A stretch of 64,000 nucleotides of DNA, taken from NCBI RefSeq assembly GCF_006345805.1, contig NC_042999.1, positions 106,268,001 through 106,332,000 on the forward strand, written 5' to 3'. The DNA comes from Octopus sinensis. Taxonomy: Eukaryota. Position 1 is the stretch's first letter; every line of letters begins with the position of its first letter. Below are positions 54,799 through 64,000 of the stretch, in pieces. The translations under genes and the position numbers were made by a program. The notes under the pieces were generated by a model. It saw only the letters and a program-made list of their open reading frames with translations. It ran no database searches and had not been told where the DNA came from.

Positions 54799-57641
54799 AA
54801 CATATCTTCAATGAAATTTCTCAAATATAGTTACATTCTACCACATTACAGTCACCATCTGACAGACAGTCCCTGTCATATCTGCGAAGTCACAGAAATA
54901 TTGAACATAGGATAACAAACTCTTTTTCTGTCGGTAATATATATATATATCTATTGTTTCATATACAGTATATATCAATCTTTATTGGTGAAAATGTTGC
55001 AATTTCGGGTTTTCTTAAGACGTATTTAGTCCATGTTGCTTGTATGAGAGTTTGTTTGTAAATGAATCAGCATGTAGTAAGATCTACGTGGAGGTTAGGG
55101 CCGGCTGAATATATCGGCAACTCAGGCAGCCGCCCGGGGAGCCATGTGCTAGGTTTGCGCCAAGGAGGGCATGACAAACACAAAAAATTTCTACGAACGT
55201 CAGCTTGTTCATGCCGAAACTCAGCTTGCCCGGCGGGCAGCAAACCTAAGGCCGGACCTTGTGGAGGTAATTGGTGACAGTCAAAATTCGAGACAGGGCA
55301 GTAAATTGCACTTTTAAGTGGAGTTAAAGTTGTGAGATAAAATATGTACAGCGTTGGTCATGCATTTATGAATTAAAATATTGACATGTATGAATGTATA
55401 TATGTATATTATTTCCATAGATTGAACTTCTGTGTTCCGGGAGGTTAGTGGGAGCAGAGTCCCCAGATATCACCTGTATAGGGTCCAAATAACAGTCATT
55501 ACCTTTTCCGCTGGATTCCTAAGAGGGACCTATGAGACTATTGATATTTATCCAACTATTTTGTTTTTGATCTACATCTAGTTTAATTGACCTCCGTAAG
55601 TTATGGTCTGTCAATATATAAATATTTGTAATTACCATTGTTCATTAGCATTGCTTCTAAATGAACACATATTTATTCAATAGCAAATATAGATTTATAA
55701 ATACATGATAATTGTTATCATAATATATCAAGCTAAATTTGGGGGAGGGGGTTAGTGAACCCCTAGCAAAAAATTGAAAATCTTGAATTTTGTTACAGTT
55801 AACACCAGCACCTTCAGCTTGTTAGCATATAGCCGAATTCACTGTGGTAAAAGCATTTCGACCACATCTCTGTCTGATGATAAATTGGTATTTCAATGTT
55901 TTTGCTGGTTCAGCAGCAATCCATGCGTCGTATTTTTTTACTCATTTTCATCATTAGTCTCGGAGGTTCAGAAAATAATCTTGAGTAACCTCCACTTCCG
56001 CGTCTGACAAAAAAATTTTTTAAATGATATGACAAAAATTGAATATTAGGTTACTGGACCTAAATCAACAGAATGGTGGATACACTAGACGCTGTATCCT
56101 CCAAACTCTAGATTTGGCTTTATTCATATTTGCTATTACTTTCCATTGTGTCTTAATTGTTTTCGTAACGACAGGGTATCACAAATTATTAATTGACCTT
56201 CAAATAGAGGTAGTAAATTCAAATCTTAAAATTCTGTCAAAAAGTGTTAACTAAAACAAAAGATAGCAGGCTTCTATTGATTACATTACAAAACAAATAA
56301 ATTACAGAAAAAAGATGGAAGTTTTCGTATTCTAAATTAAAGATGTTTGTCTTTCTTCAAAATGAAAGTAAACAAAGTTTACATTCATGCGATATGCGTT
56401 TCAGGTCTCGTTAACTTATGCATTACCGCATTGTAATACATATGTCTTAAAGGAAATTAAGATTTAAATTGGCTAAAGAAAAGGGAAGTTGTATATCCGT
56501 TCATAGTCTACACTTTAGTGACTATCGTGACACAGGACATGTAGATAAGGTGATTTGTTTTCTTTACTCTTTAGCTTTGTTGACTGTAGGGAGAACAATA
56601 TTCTAGACGGTCTGGAAAAATTAAATGTAACATTATCTTTTAAGTGGAAAATTTCTTTAACATTGGTCTAATGTTTGTGTATTAACGACTATCAATTTAG
56701 CTCCGTATGCTCCAAAACGCATGAAACAGGTACTAATGAAAGTGCTAAGATAATAGTTTCTATATGTTCCCAAAACATAAGATGGAAGAAATCGACCATA
56801 AATTTAAGATGGAAGTATTGGTAAATTATATTTACATTCCAAACATATTTTATGTATTTTAGCAGCTCATCTATTTCTTCGACTCGCTCTCAGCTGGCTT
56901 TCACTGAGTTGCTAATCAGTACGTTTGTTTATGTTCTCAATATTTGAAATGAAAATATTGATGCTTTCAGGGTTTCCTTTTAACGATGAGACATTAAGTA
57001 AAAATGTTTATCCATATCTTAAAACATTCTAATAACTTATCAGATTATCATTTCAAAAGTTTTTGTTTGCTATTATGGCCGAACACGATCTATCATAATC
57101 GATATTTCAAAACACATTCTTTTGAATATTCAACGCTATGACTCCTTAATTGCAATTATAGTTTCGAAAAATGGGACTTACAATCAATATTTAGATATGA
57201 TAGTTAATTTCAATTTTATAGAATGCATAATTTTACTAAAAAGGAAAAACAGATGTTCCTTTATTTCATTCAAATATAAATGGGAATTTGAAAGTTTGCG
57301 TTTATCAAAAACGTTACGAATGAAGTCCAATTTTTTTAATTAAAATTCTCCTGATTTATTAATTATAGAATAATTATAAACATTTTACTTTCACAAGAAG
57401 TTTGTAAGTTTGCATTAAATTCATTCATAATCATCTTATTATTAGTAGTTCCAGTGGAGCCGATATATACGTACATGCACACACACACACACATATATAT
57501 ACACACACACATATATATACACACACAAATGTATATAATATATATAGAATATATATATATGGGCATATATACAAACATATATGTACATACTGATATATAT
57601 GTGTGTGTGTGTATATACATATATATATATATATACACACA

Positions 57642-57687
<46 letters not shown>

Positions 57688-58539
57688 TATATGGTTAAAG
57701 GACGTCACAAAACGTAAACGATATGAAATAGGTGGGGTTTCATGCTTCCAATTTCCCGTCTCTGTCTTTGTGTCCATACCATATTGTATAAATATGTTTT
57801 GTGTACTTTGATTTTATCTTTGAAAGAAGCTAATTACCGCGTATGTCTCTCTTTGAAGTTATTATTTCTCCCATCAAATCTGTAATGCTGTTCTTGTAGA
57901 CCGATTTGATTTTTAGGTATTTGTTCTCCAGGAGACAGTCGTCCAGAAGCCTAAACTTTCTAGACTCTTGGGGAATATACCTAATGGTATTTTTAATGCG
58001 GTTGAATATAATTTACTCTATACTTTAACTCTATTTCTATTGAAGATCTGCCTGTATTTATCTCATTGAGGGAAGTATATATGTGTGTATATATATGCGT
58101 GTGTGTGTGTGTGTGTGTGTGTGCGTGCGTGTGTGTATGCATGTATGTATGTATGCATGTATGCGTGTATGTGTGTTTGTCTGAATGGGTTTGCGAGTGT
58201 GCGGGTGTGCGTGTGTGTATATATACTGTAATTATGTTGCTTTTGTACGAATGCGAGCCGTTCTGAACATGCACATTGATCTAAAATATTTATTAATTTC
58301 CAATCATAAGCAATTCATTCTGAAATTACTCTTTTGAAATTTTACCTAACATTATGATCATTTTGCAATTTACTGCCATTAATTTGCATCTTGTTTCCCC
58401 AACCCGTTTGCACATAAATCCCAATATGTTCTATTGACTGACTGAACTAAAAGCGTTGAATGAATGTAAATGATAATGTGAGCCTGAACCTCCTCAAATT
58501 AGTTACCAAACTTATAAATTATTCCTTACGTAAATTTAA

Positions 58540-58968
58540 AGGGTGGTAATCTTTTCTTCGCCGACTTATTTTCTCCAGAAATACACGTGTCTCGAGGTGT
58601 GCTGGAGAATTTCGATTTTGGATATATTTGGGGTACTTAATTGTGCTCATGACTTAGTTTTTGCCTCTTACATGGGTATATTTAAGTCTTTCATTTATTC
58701 CTTTGCCGCATTTATCACTGATGAAGAGAAGGTTCTTATGAATTAACTCTGAAACCGGGTCCGAAATGGTGATAACGGAATTTTTTAAGAAATGTCTGTC
58801 GGCTTTCTTCGAGACACGTACTTATAGTGATAAATTATATGGTTATTGACGAAGTGTCTGTTTTCGACAGAATTGGCATAAGAAATTTTTTGTTTTGCCC
58901 TTGTTTATAAGTTGTTTATAAGTTATAAAGGTATTTTTTAATATGCTGGCTATTGATAGAATTTTATC

Positions 58969-58980
<12 letters not shown>
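58540..58980 (+). repeat. Diverged relative of the 438-bp family with an HHR-like remnant
   Basis: Shares GAGACACGT, TAAATTATATG, GGTTA(T/C)TGA and GAGAATTTCG blocks with the 14.9-16.3 kb monomer; abuts (TA)n. Confidence 0.45.
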
Positions 58981-59015
<35 letters not shown>

Positions 59016-59018
59016 GCA

Positions 59019-59840
59019 CTAGCTGACGTACCCGGTAATTCCCGGAAAGCTGGGTTTATTCCTCGGTTACTTGCTCATAATTATTTCGTTAAACCAATTA
59101 CAATACAATGTATGTAGCCCTTAAAACGGTTTTTGTTCATTTACAGAAAATACAGAACTGTCTTACAGAAGATCTTGTTTTTAGGAATTCCCAGTAAGGT
59201 ATGAATGCCCAAATTGTGAAGTCAGTTATATAACAACAAAATATGGAATTGCCTTGACCTCCCATAGCTTGCACTCGGGTGTCCCGGTCAAGTAATGCCT
59301 CATTGTGAATGGCGTTATTAAACGTGGCAATATCCGCTGAGGTTTGCCTTTGAATATTTTCTAGGTGTCCTCTGCCATGCTGGTTCTGTGGATCGCCTAA
59401 AGCTTGTGAATTTCACGCAAACCACATGTCATCATCATGATAGAAAATAGCTGGTGCACTTGACTTAGTGTTGTGCTGACTGCTGCCTCCTCTAGTGTCT
59501 GATCCTAGGGAGCATCGTCATCAAGTAGTTCATGTTTGACGCAGGCTTCTCTATAGGCCGCGCAGACTTCCCATTGTGTCTTCAAAAAATCTGTGAATGA
59601 TGTATGACCTCTGACAATGTGTAGCAGTAGACGCAGAGAGAAGCACTCCTGCTGATTAGGGCGCACACTGTAAACCCGCCCGATGGCCACACTTCTGAAG
59701 ACAGCATGTTCTTCCCAGCCCTCAATGCGTGTTCCTTACTTGCACAGGTATAGTACACGGTGACCTCAACATACAACAGTGTTCGGGAAAACAGATCATA
59801 TTGGCATAATTTGAAGAAAGCTATCAAAGTGGATTCTCAT
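59019..59840 (-). mobile_element. Internally deleted Helitron with an intact 3' terminus
   Basis: RepHel motifs TLIAFFKLCQ..RTLLYVEV..YYT, IGRVYSVRPNQQECFSLRLLLHIVRG, REACVKHELLDDD and LEEAA. 3' end is a CCGG-GAATTA-CCGG hairpin followed by CTAG and T. Confidence 0.9.
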
Positions 59841-62263
59841 GGATCCAAAACTACGTTTCGTTTCGAGTATTGTATTCTTTGAAATATACACGCTGGTCAT
59901 TTTCAAGATGTACAGATAGATTTTAAGAAGGTGTCCCTACATGAATTTGTGAAGCCTTGGAGCAAGTTACAGATCAAAAATGGAGAAACTCCACAATTAA
60001 ATGCACACACTCATGCAAGAACAACATGGATAATGTAGGTATATATATATGAGATATTTTGGTGTCGAGAATACCCAAACGGCAAGTAAGGATGGCATAT
60101 CATCTATTTCCCTGAAACAGCTGTAAGAACACCTTTCTATTTATAAATGTCCTAGGAATTTCAAATTGCTTTGGATTTATTTTATTTAACATACACACGC
60201 ACGCACACACATGCACACACATATGCATTTGTGTATGACATCGCATGGTTCAAAGGATTAATATATGCACAAACTAATGAGCACACAATCCAATGAATTC
60301 ACAGCACAATGACCCAAGTTTGGCGTCGAAATATGTGAAAAGAATATGAAACTCCGCAATTATGAATACTTATATTTGCATATTCAAACACAGATATAAT
60401 GGATCCAACATGTGTCTGTGAGTGTGTGTTAGTGTATGCGTGTACGTGTGTGTGTGTGTGCACATATACTGTATGGATGTGCATGAGCATATACGTGTGT
60501 ATTCATGTTTAAATTTATAAAGTCGGACGTGACCGGGGCTAATGCAAGGGAGACAACAACTAGGAGTTGTCGCGTATCTGTATATTTTTCTGTTCATCCC
60601 AAAATCATGTACATTTACGTGTGGCTTTGTATATTTTCAACTAAGTTGGATTTGAGTAACGGTGTACCATGCGGAATTCAAAACTTTTGAGGCATATTCT
60701 CGCTGCATGAAACTAACGGTAGCCTCGTTAACATACAAATAAAGAATATTTATCTACCAATGTGGTGTTGAACACTAATTAATGCATATTTAGCCAATAA
60801 TATAAGAAAATCTAAATATATACCGACCTCCAAATAAGATGTAAATTTATTTGTAATATCTGGCCGTGAAGCCTTTACTACGTAATGGATATTTGCTACT
60901 GACATCTACTCTCTAAACGTAGTCAGTCATTTAACCCAATTGGGGATGATAGTCCTGGGAGAATGCAATAATTTACTTTAAAACATACATAGATTTTTAA
61001 CATAATGGAAATCTTGGTAATGAAAATTTTAGCTGAACTTTGACCCAAAGAAATAACATTCGATTTTCTGTGACAAACAGTGACATACCTTCAAGAATCT
61101 CATATTCCCGAAATATCTCCTAAATATGCACTCTAGTAGCTTAATCTAATGGTAAACTTAACATATAGTCATTCATGGCATCTTACCGATTCTGTAGTAC
61201 ATTAGTGTTTGTATTCTTTTCATCTACAAAATGTATATGAAATAACATTTTGATTCATTTTTGCTTTATTCTATTGATTTAATACAAGTAATTTTATACT
61301 ATCGATAGCATATATATTTCGTGTTTTAAGAGATTGAACAATCGCAATATAGTCTTCTGTATTTCGTGCAGACATCAAAACTGCAGTAGTATATTTATAA
61401 ATTAATATCGATTCGTAAAACAGGAACAGGGCAAAATATTTAGTTGGAAGGACTTAGCATATATTGTCGCCCCAGTAACATTATTTAATTCATATGAAGA
61501 AACAGCAGGCACAGCTGTGTTTGTAAAGAGTTCTCATGATAACAACATAGTGATCACGCAAAACATGCTGAAAATGACATTTTATTGAAACGTCGTCAAT
61601 GGAAAAGTTGTGGAAGTTTAATTTACACACATAAACGCATACATGTGCACACACATAAAAACATGCATGCATAAACACATAAACACACAGACATAAATAC
61701 ATGTATAAATATATGACAAATAACTGAGTAACTACTGACATATATTTGAACATCAAAGACAACTGATGATATATCGAGCTATTGAAATTATCTCTGCTTC
61801 CAGAAAAGGTAGTATCGTCAAACAGAAGTAAATGAGATAATTTTTTAGTTCCCAAATGGACGTACCTTTAAGAAAATACAGTCGAAATATCTGGAAAGAA
61901 GTGTACATCTTTGGACTCGTATATTTGACTCACTAAGCGATTTTCAGCTCAAAAGCTGTCCGAACATTCTCAAATTTTCATTCATACAACAAGGCACTTT
62001 CGAATGAACAACCTCAGAATCTACGGATCCATACTATGAAATTACTAAACATGAATAACTATTGGAACTTACATACCATGTACAGGAAACTTTTTTACTT
62101 CTTCTATACACCACTTCCCTCGAATAATGGAACTGTAACTACAATATATTTATATATTTTATATTTTATTTCTCTTATTTCCTTCTAGTCCCTATATCCT
62201 CCTTTTTCATAATAATTCCTTATTTCGAACTGAAATATTTACTCCTATCTAATCATCTTACAT

Positions 62264-62314
62264 CGTCTCTGATGAAGTGTTATGCATAATATCCCAGAAA
62301 CAGCTGCAAGATTG
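62264..62314 (+). ncRNA. Decayed hammerhead ribozyme (U16.1 to C)
   Basis: CGTCT-CTGATGA-AGTGTTATGCATAATATCCCA-GAAA-CAGCTG-CA-AGATTG; palindromic CAGCTG loop. Confidence 0.6.
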
Positions 62315-62427
62315 TATCTATATCTTCTTCCTGAAAACCCCTCACAGCCTTGGCTTTGTTATCTCATTTTGTCTAATATACACACACGCACACACACACA
62401 CACAGACATACACACAAACACACACAC

Positions 62428-62516
<89 letters not shown>

Positions 62517-62699
62517 AGGGAAGGCTTGGATGGAGATCCAACCTTCCTAGTTCTTTTACAGGGATTAGAAAAACTGAAGGACCGCTGCAATAACTGTGTG
62601 AATCTGAGAGGGAAATATGTTCAATGAAGTCATAATTAACTAATCTTCCTACATTTTCTTTTACCCAAAGCGAGGAACTTTTCAGCCCTGCCACTCGTA
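62517..62699 (+). mobile_element. Mariner 3' end fragment with TIR
   Basis: QGLEKLKDRCNNCVNLRGKYVQ* followed by GGAACTTTTCAGCCCTGCCACTCGTA. Confidence 0.75.
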
Positions 62700-63354
62700 C
62701 TGTCAGGCATGAATGCTCTGATGACAAGACTGCAGGTCAGGTATAACCGACATTACAGCGACACATTTGTAATGACGATCACAGCTGACCTGCACTCTCC
62801 TCAGCAGAATATTAATTTCGATCTCACTTCTCCCTGCTGAGGAGAGTGTAGGCAGAAGTGATAGTGACACTTGAGCGACACCAAATGTATTAAAAAGGAG
62901 AATATTTTGGACCGTGAGGCTGGGTAGGAAACTCTTTGGAGGGACTTGAGGGGAGGGTCAATGTGAATACCATATGGACCAGTGATGCGTATGCGTGTGT
63001 ATCTGTTGTTTGTGTGTGATGCATGTGTATATGTGTGCTTGCTTATATGTGTGTGTGTGCGAAAACATATGCGTTAATGCCTGCTGCATACTCGTGTGTG
63101 CACGTACGTATTTATTATGCATGTATGATGGTATGCACACACATGAAAAAATGCTTCTCTCCTGACAGCTTTGGCTGAAAACATTCTCTTCTCATTTACA
63201 GTTGGGTCACATATAACCACCTTTCAATCTCCACTTTTGCGAATATTTCCTCTTTCTATTACCAACCATTGTTCGCACCCATGGCAAATTTGTCACTAAG
63301 CCAATGTATATATGTCAATGTATGCGTCTGTGTGCGTGTGTCTTTGCGTCTGTG

Positions 63355-63552
63355 TTTTCCCCCACCCATCACCGATTGACAACCGGTGCTAGTGTGTTTA
63401 CATACCCGGAAATTAGCAAAAGGGACCGATAGTATAAGTCTCAGGCTTTAAAAAAGAAAACGTACTCGAATTCATTCGTTCGACTAAAATCCTTCAAAGC
63501 TTGGCCGAAACAAGGCTGCATTCTATTGACTGTAGCAAGCAAAAGATAAAAA
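63355..63552 (+). mobile_element. 3' part of an Octopus-type SINE, diverged
   Basis: CACCGATTGACAACCGGTGCTAGTGTGTTTAC...GGGACCGATAGTATAAGT...TTCGACTAAAATCCTTCAA...AGCAAAAGATAAAA. Confidence 0.65.
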
Positions 63553-64000
63553 ATAATTCTTAGTGTTCTTCTTTTGAAAGAGGTATTTTTAAATTTGTCG
63601 GAGTAACACTTCCTCAGATTAGCATTAATTTAGTTCTCGTTACATTGCATACTGAATATGTAGTTTGTGGTGTTGATTGTATATAGAGAAATAACAATAA
63701 TTTTTACAAAAATAATGAAAATAATGACATTGATAATAATAGAAACAAAAATGAAACTAATAGTAGTGGTACAGGAGTCATTGATAAGAGAGAAAATACT
63801 AATAAATCACAAATGTAAGTGGTGGTGTTACAGATAAATATCAGAAAACCTACCTTCCGGGTGTTTTTATGTGTATTTGTTTAGTAGTTTCTAAATAGTA
63901 ATTATACATTTCATTCCCAATATGTGTAATCTTGTGTGTTACGTCTAATCTTTTTTTTTAAATTCTATATTAGTCATATTTAACTCACTCAGTAAATAAA

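Overview
AT-rich, microsatellite-dense eukaryotic non-coding DNA. The SINE families recognisable by eye suggest a coleoid cephalopod, probably Octopus (inference). No host protein-coding exon can be supported, and most ORFs in the supplied track are simple-repeat artefacts. The window is a mosaic of decayed mobile elements: R4/Dong-type and RTE LINEs, Tc1, DD37D/maT and mariner transposons, a Helitron remnant, MITEs, tRNA-derived SINEs and Penelope-like (PLE) fragments. The main discovery is a cluster of hammerhead ribozymes (HHRs) at about 14.9-21.3 kb. (i) A ~438-bp tandem array carries one type I HHR per monomer. (ii) An unrelated 535-bp repeat carries a canonical GUC-cleaving HHR on each strand because of a fold-back inversion. 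(iii) A PLE-like element has long inverted arms carrying a third, degenerate HHR. All three abut (TA)n tracts. Elements (i) and (ii) look like retrozymes (non-autonomous, potentially circRNA-producing retroelements). Further minimal or decayed PLE-type HHRs lie at about 24.6, 39.5, 46.4, 48.7, 58.7, 60.1 and 62.3 kb. All structures were folded by eye; no searches or folding programs were run.
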